Shown: piece by piece, positions 10,111-23,030 of the stretch
How positions within the stretch are numbered: position 1 is the stretch's first letter
Layout: every line of letters begins with the position of its first letter
Assembly (NCBI GenBank): GCA_964252035.1
Contig: OZ176202.1
From: Podarcis erhardii
Lineage: Eukaryota
DNA: 64,000 nt
Direction: 5' to 3' (one strand)
The notes under the pieces: model-generated
The model's input: the letters and a program-made list of their open reading frames with translations, nothing else
Told to the model about the DNA's origin: nothing
The model's database searches: none
Position numbers and translations under genes: made by a program

Positions 10111-11586
10111 TGGCAAGATAGGCAATTTGTTTTCATATTTAGGTCTGCATGTATGTGCTATGAAATGAAGCCTTTCTAAAAATCAGAAAGCAGAGATTCA
10201 CAGCTGAAACGTGAGGTTGGAATGATGAATCTGCAGATGAGGGGTCAACGTTATGGAGGATCCTGCCATACATGAAATAGAAAGGGATTTTAACTTAATC
10301 TACCCAAAAGCAGATTCATCACATGAATCTTGCAGGTTGTGTAAGTCATTATGTTGCAGTTACTGAGTACATGTGCTTGTAAACACACCCTTAGTCCTAT
10401 TCCATAATGTTTTAGCTATGCTTTGCCCTTTCTTGTTTGCTTAAGTGGGAGAGTTGTTGTGTGAGGATGGGCTTGCATAGGCAATGCATCCATATACACA
10501 GGTCAGAACAGCCAAAAAGTTTACATTTCCAAGTTGAATCTCAGCACATGTATCAGGATGTTAAGAGATTACCATCAACAGAAAGTAAAAACACTCTAAA
10601 TGTTCAGGTGGATGTCTGGATACCTATTTGCAGGCAAGATTATTCATCACACAGCTTGAGGTGAGAAAAGGGAAATTTTCCAAGGGACCAGAATACAATA
10701 AAAAATTAGCTCAGTGATTAAGTTTGATGCATGCTGATTATCACTTCAAAGAGAATTATTTTTAGTTTGTATGTGACAAGTATTGCTTGAGCCTGGTATT
10801 GCTTGAGTATTGCTTGAGCCTGGACAGATTAAGGAGCCTGGACAGCTGTGACAACTCAGTGGTGAAGAAGCTTAATTGGCTTGCAGTGAAGCACCTAGGC
10901 AGAGTGAGGGAATATTCCCAAGACTGACAATAGAGTCTTCAAGCCAGCCTGGGAACCTAGAAGGGCTCACTAGAAAGGGCTGTCTTTTCAATGTATTGAC
11001 TTTTCTCAGTGATACATGATGGGTGGCATTTTTATTAAAAAGAACTATATAATTATCTAATTGCATTCAAGCAGTGGCTTGAAAGCCAAGCTGCAAAGGA
11101 AAGACCTCCCTCTACAGCCTCAGCTTAAACTCAAGCAATGGCTGCGGCTGCAAAGTCAGAATGAGAATGCTCTCCCAACTCTTTTCCAGCTGTGAATCGG
11201 CACCAAATTCAAAAAGCACCAGACCAGCCACGAAAAGGAAGAATTAGGAGTGCAGCTAGAGCACACTCTCAGTGCTTTCTTTTCAGTTTTATCTTGTGAA
11301 TTTACCTGTCCATGACACCTGGTGATGGATGGGGAGGGTAAAGGGCACGGACTAAGCCAAGCCATACTGTGAGGTGAAGATTTCCTACTGCTGATCTAAT
11401 TTTCAGCTTTCTAGAGGTATAAAGTTCAAATAAAGATAAACACCACATGGACCATGTTGTTCATGTTTCAAAATGAAATTGTTGTGGGGTAAATTCCACA
11501 GTGCATAAATACAGTCTAATGTGCGGAACAGAGCCTTGTTAGCCCCATTTTGTGGTATTCCCCAAAGTGCAAGAATACCTGGTGAT

Positions 11587-11642
11587 AATTTACAGTTCAT
11601 TGTGGCGAGACAAGAATTTACAGTTCATTGTGGCGAGACAAG
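11587..11642. repeat. Perfect 28-bp tandem duplication (aatttacagttcattgtggcgagacaag x2)
   Basis: Direct observation. Confidence 0.95.
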
Positions 11643-11819
11643 AACTCCTTTCTTTGTTTCCTCATGGCACATGTAATTATCCCACCTCTTATATCAGCAA
11701 GTAGGGCTGTGAATTTTAATCAGTAGGTGAATGAACCACACATATAACAGCCTAACATCCATGAATTCTGAAGTCAAAAAAGCTAGTAGCTACCACTATA
11801 TCTCAGATGTATGTGGTAC

Positions 11820-12035
11820 ATTATTATTTATACCCTGCCCATCTGGTTGGGTTTCCTCAGCCACTCTGGGTGGTTCACAGCACATGTCAGAACATACTAA
11901 AACATCAAACATTTAAAACTTCCCAATACAGGGCTGTCTTCAGGTGTCTTCTAAAAGTCCAGTAGTTGTTTGTTTACTTGACATCTGAAGGGAAGGTTTT
12001 CCCCAGGGAGGGCTCCACTATTGAGAAGGCCCTCA
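11820..12035 (-). mobile_element. L2 3' fragment, same family as 5965-6470
   Basis: tttataccctgcccatctggttgggtttcctcagccactctggg and agggctgtcttcaggtgtcttctaaa are reverse complements of the family 3' end. Confidence 0.8.
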
Positions 12036-12107
12036 AAAATATAATGGTGTCATCATCTCATGCCCTTTGCATTTAATAACCAACTGTGTCATTATTGATC
12101 ATTCCAG

Positions 12108-12170
12108 GTTTCAGTTCCAAGGAAGATGTGGTCCCCAAACCCCTGGAACCAGTTTCACAGGGAAACCCAA
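12108..12170 (+). CDS. VIT: VIT exon (GFSSKEDVVPKPLEPVSQGNP)
   Basis: attccAG acceptor and AA|GTATGT donor; 63 nt, phase 1-1; matches human GLVPKEELSTQSLEPVSLGDP. Confidence 0.92.
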
Positions 12171-12684
12171 GTATGTGCACCAGCCAAGTATTGGCACCAG
12201 CGAGTCTGCCCTTTCAAAATTTCAACCACTGGGAGGAAGGCAGAGCCTTCTTAGAGGGCTTCCACATTGTGATTTCTGGGGGAAGGGAAAGAATGGATGT
12301 ATCAGGAGAGTGCAGGGCCTCATCACACTCCCAAAGATGTCATCCGGGTTGCAGTGGAATCCACATTTTGATAATGAACTTGGGGGGGGGGGACTGAGTG
12401 GGTTCTTGTTTTGTTTTTAATTAATTTTTGCTGAATCCATTCCAAAGTTAGCTGAAGAGAAATCACCCAGGACTAGTTATTTGTTTTTACTTCTGCAGAC
12501 TGAGCTGCTGTTTAACCTAGTTGTGATTTTCAAGATAATATAAAGGGGATGTTTGAAGCACACATTTGCAAGAGCTGCAAAAGTTTGCCTAAAAATTCAG
12601 TGAAGCAGCCCAGGGTGTTACTCCTCTCAGCCCCAGACAGCATGCTCAACGGGCAAGGGTGATGAGAGGGTTTTAGTCCTAGAG

Positions 12685-13000
12685 CATAGGTAGGCAAACT
12701 AAGGCCCGGGGGCCGGATCCGGCTCAATCGCTTTCTAAATCCGGACAGTCCGAGAATCAGCGTGTTTTTACATGAGTAGAATGTGTCCTTTTATTTAAAA
12801 TGCCTCTCTGGGTTATTTGTGGGGCCTGCCTGGTGTTTTTACATGAGTAGAATGTGTGCTTTTATTTAAAATGCAACTCTGGGTTATTTGTGGGGCATAG
12901 GAATTCGTTCTCCCCCCCCCCCAAAAAAATATAGTGTCCCCTCCACAAGGTCTGAGGGACAGTGGACCGGCCCCCTGCTGAAAAAGTTTGCTGACCCCTG
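12685..13000. mobile_element. hAT (Charlie/Buster-like) non-autonomous element with an internal tandem duplication of about 70 bp
   Basis: Ends CATAGGTAGGCAAACT...AGTTTGCTGACCCCTG; duplicated gtgtttttacatgagtagaatgtgt...ttatttgtgggg unit at about 12762-12830 and 12833-12900; TSD not conserved. Confidence 0.75.
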
Positions 13001-15309
13001 ATCCTGGTCCCCTAACCTTGGCCTGATGCCATGGTAAAACCGACCAGGGGCTCCTGAGCAGTCATTATATATATTTGATTATACAGTAAGGTTTCTTTTT
13101 TCTGACCCAGTATAGAATTCTATTTAAAGTGACGCTTTATCCTAACTTAGGGGTTGAACTGCTATGTTGTTGGACTGCAGTTCCAATATCCATGAACACT
13201 GATTATTATGCTGGTTGGAGCTGATGCGATTTGGAGTTCAGCATCTGGAAGGCGGCAGATTCCCCATTCCTGTCTTAAAGTACAAACACAATTGGAGCAA
13301 AAGCTATCTGGTGTAGGGAAGCGTGGAGGTTTTTCTGCCACGCAAATCAGAATGAGAGTTAGTTTATATGCAAGGGTAGTGGGGGTTTTTTACAATACAA
13401 TATCATAAGAACAGTGCCATTTTACTAGAAAGAGAGGTGCCGGAACTCACTATGAATGCCTCCCTCATTGTCTTAGAATGGCAATGGCATCCACCTGAGA
13501 GGTGCCAGAACTGAGTTCTCCATCAGACCAATGGTCCAGCATCCTGTTCTCACAGTGGCCAGCTAGATGCCCATGGGAAGCTCACAAGTAGGACTCAAGC
13601 ACAGGAGCACTCTACCTGCAACTGATATTCAGAAGCACACAGCTCCAGCTGTGGAGGCAGAACATGGCCATCATGGGCCACAAGCCTGTTTATCCTCTCT
13701 CCCTGCCCCAGAGGCATTAATTTCATTCTCAAAACGTGCCCTCCTATTTATTGCTCTTAATGCCATCAATATCAATCTTAGATTATGGCTACTCAGGGAC
13801 AAAATTTATGAATCATCTTTAAATAGCTGCAGGAAAGTGCTAATTTTCCTCCTAAAATAGCAAGGCGGGTGTATCTGCCTCACCAGGTTTTATCACAGTT
13901 CTCCGCAAATAATTACTGGATTTTGTCAGGGGGTTTATGCTTCTGGAGCCAATCTTGTAATGAAAGGAATGCCATGCAGGAGCCAGGAACAATCTCAGCA
14001 CACAGTACAAATCCTGATTCGGAGTAAGGAAGTTGGAACACACTCGGAACAAGATTACTCACAAAGGGTTTTGTAAAGGGCATGGGGAATCTTTGCAAGC
14101 CTGGCACCTCTTCAGTGAAATATACCTTATTGGCACACCTGTCTTGGTGGGAGCAGTTTCAAAGAAACAAGAAGCCTGACTAAGAACAAAAACCATTAAT
14201 TGCCATTTAAGCTTATCCAAATGTTGATCCCTTTCAAGGAAACGAGTATTTTCTCAGCAGCTTAGAGCAAAAGAAGAATAGACTGCTATTTCTTGAAGAC
14301 ATCCCTTGCAGGTTATTTAAAAAAAAATAGAGAGAAGAGGTTGCTTTAGCTTTGGGTGTTTGTCTACTGCTCTGCGAGCCAAAATAGCAAGATGAGTGAG
14401 GACACGTGCATTTAAAAGACTACAATCAAGTTTTTAAATATCCAGACTGGAGAGGCAGATCTGAAAGCCACAAAGGAGATTATCATTCTTTGAATTACTT
14501 CAATGTCTGGCAAAATAGCAATTCCCACTTCAATAAAGAAGGAGATTTTTTGTTTCAGCACTAATTAAAGAACACTTTTTGCATGGGGGGGGTGTTGTTT
14601 TGCCCCCCCCCCAATAGCTATACAAGTCACAATGCAGGAATAGAGAATACAACCACAATGCACACTAAAATGCAGGAAAGAAAGAGAGGTACTCGGTGTG
14701 GTAAAACTTTCATGTGGTAAGACTGCTCCTGGACTGTACCACTTCAGACTTGGTGAGGGGGGGGGAGAACAGTTGAATGCTCCTTCCTAGAAAACACACA
14801 GTGCATATAGACAATTAGCAGAGAGGAGAAAATTCTACTGTCGCTAACTCATAATATGCTCATCTTATAGGCGCAAGGAAAATGTTGTTTATTAGTTTGG
14901 GTTCGTTCTGTGGAGGCACAACTAATTATTCAACCTCATACCACCATCCTGAAGTAGCTCAGTCCGCATGAGTCACATATAAATAATTGCTTGTCTAAAG
15001 TGCCTCTGAAGTCCAAGTCTTGCAAAGTTGTCAAATCTTACACAGTCATTTAATGACATGATTTGAATATGACTGCTCCTGATGTATTCAAATAGCCCAC
15101 ATGAAGCTCAACTCTCTTATACATCTTTTGAGAAGTTGGCCTCATTAGATTCAAATGGGATTTAGTCCCAGGTAAGTGTGCATAACAGGACTGTATTCTT
15201 AGTGTATGTGGGGACTCCTAAAAGTGCCTTCTGAGCTAAGCTTTCCTTTCAAAGGTCTGTGGGATTTCAAGGTGGCCTGTATCAGCTGAGATAGCAGAAG
15301 TAGAAGGAA

Positions 15310-15385
15310 GAATCATAGAATTATGGAGTTGGAAGGAACCCTGAGGATCATGTAGCCCAACCCCTTTGCAATGCAGGAATATTGC
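15310..15385 (-). mobile_element. CR1-type 3' tail (LINE or CR1-mobilised SINE)
   Basis: Reverse complement reads ttcctgcattgcaaaggggttgggctacatgatcctcagggttccttccaactccataattctatgatt. Confidence 0.75.
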
Positions 15386-16017
15386 AGTTGTCCCATATAG
15401 GGATCAAACCTTGGCAGATTGGGAACCATTGGTAGATATGGTGGTAGATATGGATGCAGTCTGCAGTAGATCATTAAGGGTTTCTGACTTCTGATTGTCA
15501 AACCATAGCAACAGCCAAACAACTTTCCCCACCTAGATTAGCCTGCTGAAATAAAGTGGACCAGGAGAAGAGAACTTTTGGGTTTAAGGACTGCAAACCT
15601 GGTTCAGTTCTGGTAATAAAAACACATTTCAAAGCTCGGACTGTGCTCCAAGGCACCATGTTCATGTGCATATCTTTATACTAAATTCTGGTTGGTAAAA
15701 ATTGGGGGGGGGGGAGTTGTGGGGGGAAGAAAAGTAGATTAAACAATCCTGAAGTTTCCCCAGCTCTGTGGATGGAATGTTTACAGAAACAGAATTCTTT
15801 CTGAACAGAAACAGAAACACTAGTTCTTCTCTACTTGCCAAGTAGGGTTATTGTTATCTATGTCAAGTGAAGCTTTGTAATCTTTGGTAAATTCTGTGAC
15901 TGATTGAGTACATGCTCTCTTATCATGGTTTGAGGTGTGTTTTTGTAGTCATGCAGGAAAAACACAAAATATATGCAAAAGGACCTCCAAAGTTACTGTA
16001 ATCTTTTCTTTTTTCAG

Positions 16018-16165
16018 ATTGCAAAGTTGATTTATCCTTCTTGATAGATGGCAGCTGGAGCATTGGCAAGCGCCGCTTTCAGATCCAAAAACAGTTCCTC
16101 AAAAATGTTGCTCAAGCCCTGGATGTGGGCCCAGCTGGTCCTCTTATGGGCATCATCCAGTATGG
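16018..16165 (+). CDS. VIT: VIT VWA1 exon 1 (NCKVDLSFLIDGSWSIGKRRFQIQKQF...GIIQYG)
   Basis: Long pyrimidine tract + cAG, GG|GTAAGA donor; 148 nt; MIDAS DxSxS motif (DGSWS). Confidence 0.97.
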
Positions 16166-16852
16166 GTAAGAGAGTATGATGTATTTTCATAACATCTGTG
16201 CTGCCTAACATCCATCTCCATGTCTGTGGCAACACCACAGGAACTTCTTGTGGCAAACTACTTAATACACTTTTTTTTTGTTCTACAAATTGAAGCAGAT
16301 ATGTATCTCACATTGCTAGACTGCACCAGCACTGCATCATAAAAATCATATATCTTAAGTTAGGACCTTGTTGGCTTATTTGATATATCCAACCATGGTC
16401 AAAATCCAGTCTTAATCTCCATTGTCAGAAAAAGATTTCCAAGTATAGAGATTCTTGATTGTTCCACAACCTTTCTGCAGATCACTTGAATGGAGTGTGT
16501 AGACCACCATTTGAGAACCTCTCTAATAGCCCATACTTCAGGGATTATGTGAGTCCAACAACACTGGAGGAGACCGCAGGTTCCTCACCCCTCACCCATC
16601 AAGGGCAGTTGCCCCACCTACAAATATTTTTTTTTTGTCAAATAATTGATTTTAAAAAGCAGCCACAAACGTAAGTTTCACATATGACATGTTTACACAT
16701 TTCTATGAAAACACAGGAAATATTCATGCGAAATTACTATAAATTACAACTAGTATCATTAATGTGTTAAGAGTTAGTGCCATATTGTGTAGGAACTTAT
16801 TTTCCTGGGGATAACACAAAACGAAACTGCTCCATTTTCATTTTACGAATAG

Positions 16853-16956
16853 TGATGACCCTTCAACTGAATTTAACTTGAAGACCTATACAAACTCTAA
16901 GGATCTGCAAAATGCCATAGAGAAAATACTACAGAAAGGAGGATTGTCCAATGTTG
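16853..16956 (+). CDS. VIT: VIT VWA1 exon 2 (DDPSTEFNLKTYTNSKDLQNAIEKILQKGGLSNV)
   Basis: aatAG acceptor and TG|GTATGT donor; 104 nt, phase 2 to 1. Confidence 0.96.
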
Positions 16957-17245
16957 GTATGTATCCTGCACAATACATCCACAGCTAATCAGTTTAAGAA
17001 TCAAAAGATGTTGGTATGCTAGATGTTCTAGGCAGATTGAGGTCAAGACCACAAACTGTCCTCACTCATTTCTGGTTCCTCTTCCCTTAGTTTGGAAAAT
17101 ACTTTGTCTTCCAGAGAATCAGGATTTAATATCTGAAAGTTTTCTCTGAATAGCTTGTCCCTTTCACAGTGCAAATATAGCAGATTGGTGAGACACCAAC
17201 CACCATAGAGTTCCAAACAGAAATTAAAATGCCCAATACCTTAGT

Positions 17246-17395
17246 CAGTGCTTTTTTTCTAAAAAAAAAATATTTAGGGGTACTACCATTTTCCTACTCA
17301 TATTGAAATACTGGCCCTCATTGAGGCCAAACTTAGTTTCACAAAACGTTTAGGGGTATGTGTACCCTGCTCCCCCCTCCAGAAAAAAAGCACTG
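17246..17395. mobile_element. hAT-type MITE, 150 bp
   Basis: TIRs CAGTGCTTTTTTTCT/AGAAAAAAAGCACTG; 8-bp TSD ACCTTAGT/ACTTTAGT. Confidence 0.85.
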
Positions 17396-17919
17396 ACTTT
17401 AGTTCAGTATCCCTTATTGCAAATCTATTCCCTCTTTCGGCTTTTAAAACATATCAGGCAGAAGTTAGAGACACATTTGACCAAGCAAGCAAGCAATACA
17501 AGAAGATTCCACGGTAGGTTCCGTTATTGGACGAGGGATTGCATGCAGATGTGGGATGTGAATGCACAAATGAGATTTGCATCAGCTTTGTTATGTACAT
17601 TTGGATGTGAGGCAACCCTTTGACATCACATGGCTCTGGTGGGGGCATATATGTCCATTTCCATGTGGATAGAAAAATGTATCCTCAACCAGTGACTTAG
17701 ATTGAATGTGCATTGTTGCCTGTAACTAGATCTGGGCTACTGATGATTTGAGAGAATCCTCAATTTTATTGTTTCTGTTGTTAGTTATAGACAATAATAG
17801 GCAAAACAATCATATAAATGGCAAGGAGCACAGGTTCTAAGAGATTTTAACGTTCTTTTTCATTGTTTTGCTGAGCAAGTTACAACTGTTACTTCCCCCC
17901 ACCCCCCATCTTCATGCAG

Positions 17920-18146
17920 GGAGAGCGCTGTCCTTTGTTAACAAAAACTTCTTTGAGGATGCTAATGGGAACAGAGGTAGTGCACCCAACGTTGCTATAG
18001 TGATGGTGGATGGGTGGCCTACAGATAAAGTGGAAGAGGCCTCTCGGCTGGCAAGGGAATCCGGCATCAACATTTTCTTTGTCACCATTGAAGGACCAGA
18101 TGAAAATGAAAAGCAGAATGTTATTGAAACAAACTTTGTGGACAAG
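17920..18146 (+). CDS. VIT: VIT VWA1 exon 3 (GRALSFVNKNFF...MVDGWPTDKVEEASRLARESGINIFF...NFVDK)
   Basis: catgcAG acceptor and AAG|GTAAGG donor; 227 nt, phase 1 to 0. Confidence 0.97.
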
Positions 18147-19468
18147 GTAAGGAGTACATTGGGATCCATCAAGAAAGAGGCAAAATTTCTTGATTCTGAT
18201 GAAAGGTGGGATCTGAACTCTTCATCCCATGTAGGTGAGTCAATATAAAAATGAGACATCCTTGCCAGGCCAAAAACCCACAAGTATGAGTGAGCAAACT
18301 GGCTACCACTCTGCTCCAACAATGTCCAGCTATAGCTATATAGTTCTCTCTTTGAAATATTCACATGCTACAATAGTCACCATACCGAGACTCAATACGG
18401 CAAAGTTTTACAAGATCCCCGGTATAAACAGGATGCATCTATGTACGCTTAGTTCTTCAGTGGAGTCACACAGGGCAGATTATGAAGGTTCAGCAAGTGA
18501 GACTGCAAGACTCAAGCAATCAACGCACTTCAAAGCCTCAATCAAGTTGTGTAGTGTTAGATCATGTTTACTGAACGCTGTGTACTCTTGCCTCCAGTTT
18601 TCCTCCAAAACACACAAAAGTTCTGGATACACTTCAGTTAGAACTCATTCTCACAAGCTATGTAGTATAGGTCAGGTACTCATGACAAAATGCCTCTTCA
18701 ACTGGGTGGTGTTAGTTTGGCATGTATGTAGTCTTTCCTGGAAGGTGGCAAATGAGCCCAAGTTCAGGAAGCAAAGTGGACTTTGAGAACTGTCCTTCAG
18801 AATACATCTTTTTTCTCCTCCCTCTGGACACCCTTTCAGATAATTTTGTGCACTTTCCACTGTGTCTGTGCCATGAAATACATTTCCTATGAACTTCAAA
18901 GCCCCTTAATGCCTTTAAACTGGGAAGCCTCCAGACTGAATTGGGCTGGCTGATGGTCTTGATTTCCTTTAGGTTTGAATGGGGGAAGAGCCACAGTAAG
19001 TCTCTGTGCACTTGCCAGACTGGGAAAGTAGAATGAGGCAAGAAGCCCTGTGTTCATACATAGTGACTTAATGGTAGCTGTATCTTAGAAAATGGAAATA
19101 ACTTTAAGACATGAGAGCAAACACGCCTGCAATGAATGTTAAGCCTGTTGACAGAAGTAGAGTCAATTCAGATGCTTGTTTTGCAATATGGCAGGTACTC
19201 GAGTAACAAGTATAAATGCAACAGTCTACCATTTAGCTGCCTTTAAGCTGGATGTAGACCTCAACATCTAAGAAACGATAAGGGCGGGTATTATTCAGCT
19301 GTGTTTTCTACCAGTTTGATGCAATACCAGTTTGTCTCATAAAAACGTTTCATACATAGGGACAGAGCTGTCGTAAGCTGAAATCAATGACTGACAGTAA
19401 TAAGTTGCCTCCATGAATTTTGCTGTAACTGTTCTTGAAATTCATTGCTTTTGTTTTCTCTCTTTCAG

Positions 19469-19982
19469 GCTGTGTGCAGGACCAATGGGTACTATTCCAT
19501 CAATGTGCCCAGTTGGTTCAGCTTACACAAAGTAGTGCAGCAGTTAGTGAAGCGAGTCTGTGACTCTGATCGCCTGGCATGCAGCAAGACCTGTCTCAAT
19601 GCAGCGGATATTGGATTTGTCATTGACGGGTCCAGCAGCGTTGGCACTGGCAACTTCCGCACCCTCCTCCAGTTTGTCGCTAACATCAGCAAGGAATTCG
19701 AGATTTCCGATACAGACACCCGCATTGGAGCTGTGCAGTACACCTACGAACAGAGGCTGGAGTTTGGCTTTGACAAGCACAGAACGAAGCAGGATGTCCT
19801 AAACGCTATCAAGAGAATCAACTATTGGAGCGGAGGAACCAGCACCGGAGCAGCCATCAACTATGCCTTTGAACAGCTCTTCAGCAAATCCAAACCAAAC
19901 AAGAGGAAGATAATGATTCTTATTACAGATGGCAGATCATACGATGATGTCCGGGGTCCAGCTGCAGCGGCACATCAGAATG
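19469..19982 (+). CDS. VIT: VIT inter-VWA linker + VWA2 exon (AVCRTNGYY...DGSSSVGTGNF...ITDGRSYDDV...AAHQN)
   Basis: ctttcAG acceptor and TG|GTAAGC donor; 514 nt; second MIDAS motif DGSSS. Confidence 0.98.
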
Positions 19983-20013
19983 GTAAGCCAGAAGACCCTA
20001 TAAACACCTATTT

Positions 20014-20135
20014 TAGGGGTAGGCAACCTGTAGCCCTACAGATGTCACGGAACTACAGCTCCCATCATTCACAACCATAGCTTATCCTGGCTGGAGGTGA
20101 TGGGATTTGGAGTCCTGCAACATCTGGAAAGCACT
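20014..20135. mobile_element. Palindromic hAT-like MITE remnant just after the VWA2 exon donor
   Basis: aggggtaggcaacctg...cagatgt...gaactacagctcccatcat...gatgggatttggagtcc...acatctgga; same architecture as the degenerate copies near 5740-5860, 13150-13270 and 28220-28345. Confidence 0.6.
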
Positions 20136-20565
20136 GAAGAACAGAAGAGTCCTGTTCCATCAGACCAAGGCCCATCTATGCCAGAACCCCTCATTTATTT
20201 TTAAAGAAGCTTTGCATAAAGCACCCAAACAATGGGGCTCTGGATCTAGAATATGGCATCTAAGTTTTGCAAGCCAGAAGTCCAAGTTTGGCATAATAAT
20301 TAAAACAAAGTAGTGTATTTGTATATTCTTGGTGAACATTAAGCCCTTCAATTTTTGAAACACGGGAAGGACATGTATGAGTCATTCAACAAGACAATAG
20401 GGAATGGGGAACAAGTCTGGGGATTGGAATGCCTCATTTATTTAAGTTTAAACACCTCACCACTTCTGATAATATTTTTGGGCCCTTATACGGATATTAC
20501 TTTGAATGCAATATTGTTTCAAATAAGGCATTAACCTCATTATGTACTCATGTTTCTCACTTCAG

Positions 20566-20744
20566 GAGTCATAGCCTATTCAGTAGGAATTGCATGGGCT
20601 GCCCAAGATGAGCTGGAAGCCATTGCTACAGACCCTGACAAAGAACACTCCTTCTTTGTGGACGAGTTTGACAGCCTCTACAGATTTGTTCCTAGGATCA
20701 TCCAGAATATTTGTACCGAGTTTAATTCGCAACCACGGAACTGA
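20566..20744 (+). CDS. VIT: VIT last coding exon (GVIAYSVGIAWAAQDELE...CTEFNSQPRN*)
   Basis: cacttcAG acceptor; 179 nt to TGA at 20742-20744. Confidence 0.97.
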
Positions 20745-23024
20745 AATCAGCAGCAGGCTCCAGGAAACACTGCATCACTACATGAGAAAATGTTCGGCAA
20801 GCAAAGCCAGCCAGGAGGCTCAAAGACATCTGTGGCTAAGAGCCAATGTCAGCTCTATTCTCCATGCATGGCAATAATGGGTGTAGACTGATCAATCTCC
20901 TTCCCCCCACCCTTGCTGGTTTCAAAACTGATTCAGTAGAAGAGCTGGCTACAGTCCTTGGTTAGATAATTCACTTGACTCAAATCTATAGTTTGGAGTT
21001 AACTTCCACATAGAATAGGAGACTAATAGGTCTAAGGCTGTAACCCAGATGCACTGGACTTAATGGGCATGCCGGAGATGGCATTTGTTGGGTACCACCC
21101 CATTTCGACTCTCCAGTGATGCAGAGGGGAGTAAATGGCTAACCAACAGCTGGCTTTAAAATATTGCATGGCGCTTTGGAACCCGGCCTTTAATTAAGAG
21201 TTGTTGGCAGACACATGAGGACAGGAAGCAAGCAAAGGACAAGAGACTACAACAAGCAGGGCAGATCAGGATTTGGTTATAGGGGGGAAAAATCAGTATC
21301 AACAAAGATGGAGTGTGGCACTCACACCAGCTGTCCACAATTGCTTTGTTGGGCAAAGTGTTGAAAGAATAGTTTGGGGAAAATTGAAGCTTACAGATTG
21401 TTTAATTACACATCACAGAACATTCAACTGAAGTTAGTTGCAATGCAGGCCAGGCAGACAGAGTCTGTAACCTGGCACCAAAAGAGCAAGGCAGTAAATT
21501 ATATATATGGTTCCTACCAGTTTCCTTCCTGTCTTCATAAATGAGCCCAGAGAGCAGCTTCCCACATGCCTAGTTCAGTGACATCATATTCCTTCCATCT
21601 CTTCAGATTCTAAAATCAAGCCTCCGCCTAAGACAGAATCTGCAGTTTTTACAGATGCTTCTAGGGTTGGTGCTGTGATGCATTACAAAAAGCATCAGTG
21701 GCAATTTATTATTTATTCTATATCCCATGAGCCAGAGTATTTATCATTGGACATCAGCATCAAATGCCCTCTGCTGATTTTACAACTGCTGTCACAAGCA
21801 ACAGACCCTGTCAATTCTCTTTGATTTTAATATATAGCTATTAGCACTCAGGCCCAAGAATAGTTTTATCAGCAATTTGGTCCTGAAGTGGGCCTTTGGT
21901 GTGTTGCATAAGATGTCAAATAGACGTTTATTCCTATTCTCTGCTTCCTGTTTCACAAGAGAGCTTGTTCTCTTACCCCATGACTGCTAATTTTACTCAG
22001 GAGCCTTTGGAGAGTGATCTTATGATCTTTTAAAAAGTCTTGAGTATTCACTAGGCTTCCCATATGTCAGGAAAATCCCTGACATATCCAGGTTTTCAGG
22101 TGCAAATATGGCATCAGGGGGAGTTTTGCCAGCAAAATACCAGAGAAAACCCAGGTGTTTATGCACCGCAGTGTAAACAGCTCCAAAAGCTTAAAATGAC
22201 TATTTTGGGGGGAGGTTTCTCCCCCCAAAAGCCCAACAATTTTGGGGTCTTCCTGAAAAAAGCTCAACACCTTTGCAGGTGCCAGAAATTTTACTTTTTG
22301 AAATATGGCAACCGTGGTGCTTACTGTCTAGTGGATCACACCTATGTGCTTGTTGACAGGACTCAGCCTTTAAAGAATTTGTTGTGAGTCAAAATATCAG
22401 TACTGAGGAGCATTTGGCTTTGCATATGGACTACAGCTACATGGTCAGCCTTGAGTATTGACCATGCTGGTTGGGGTTGATGGGAGATGAAGCTCAGCGA
22501 CAGCTGAAGGGTCCAAGGTTCCCTACCAATTGTGTATCTGCTAGTTGTATCTTTCATGTTTTTCATCAGTTTTCCTAGAACAGATGTTAGGTTTTTTGGC
22601 TTGTGAATTCCTGGATTTCCTCCCCCACAAGTGGTGCTGTGTTGCCTCTTTCCCAGCTCTCAGGTACAGAGGCCTCTTACATATTATTACATAAGAGCAG
22701 CAATATCGCATCTGAGATTTTAAGAACTCTTGGGTGTCTACACCATCCAGGCTTGGAGATTTATTTTTAAATCGTCATTAGGACTTAGAACTTTATCTCA
22801 TCATCATCATCTGCCTTGCCTCCCTGAAAAAGTCGGTTTATACACGGTATTTCTCCGCATCTTCTGCAATGAAGACAAGTGCAAAGAACGCAGCTGAATG
22901 CAAACATTTGCAAAGGATTTGTGGATGAAACATGAGTTTGTAAATATTATTTTAACTTTCCCCTCTCTGCACATGCACCTACATTAAAGAGCTTTTTAAA
23001 AAATAACTTGCTGTACCCTTTTGC

Positions 23025-23030
23025 AATAAA
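23025..23030 (+). promoter_or_regulatory. Candidate VIT polyadenylation signal (AATAAA)
   Basis: First AATAAA I found downstream of the VIT stop, with an ATTAAA near 22983; would imply a 3' UTR of about 2.3 kb. No transcript evidence. Confidence 0.4.

Larger units (their letters stand above)
1242..20744 (+). other. VIT: VIT (vitrin) gene body, 5'-partial: 13 coding exons, LCCL C-terminal half + Thr-rich linker + VWA1 + VWA2
   Basis: Exons join in frame (1861 nt = 1 + 620 codons including the stop). Translation ends IIQNICTEFNSQPRN*, the vitrin C-terminus. Tail-to-tail arrangement with STRN matches the known human VIT-STRN synteny. Confidence 0.97.

Noticed and set aside
11587-11642. 28-bp direct repeat of CRISPR-repeat size (also short duplications near 5562-5596, 10790-10850 and 44520-44560)
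   Set aside because: Adjacent copies without spacers in a vertebrate intron; replication-slippage duplications.
18235-18786. 183-aa ORF, the longest non-exonic ORF in the track
   Set aside because: Intronic, no recognisable domain, no splice signals in a compatible phase; consistent with chance.
17912-19802. Antisense and alternate-frame ORFs over the VWA exons (17912-18364 -, 19492-19743 -, 19544-19780 -, 19560-19802 +)
   Set aside because: Shadows of genuine VIT coding exons, with no independent start, splice or homology signal.
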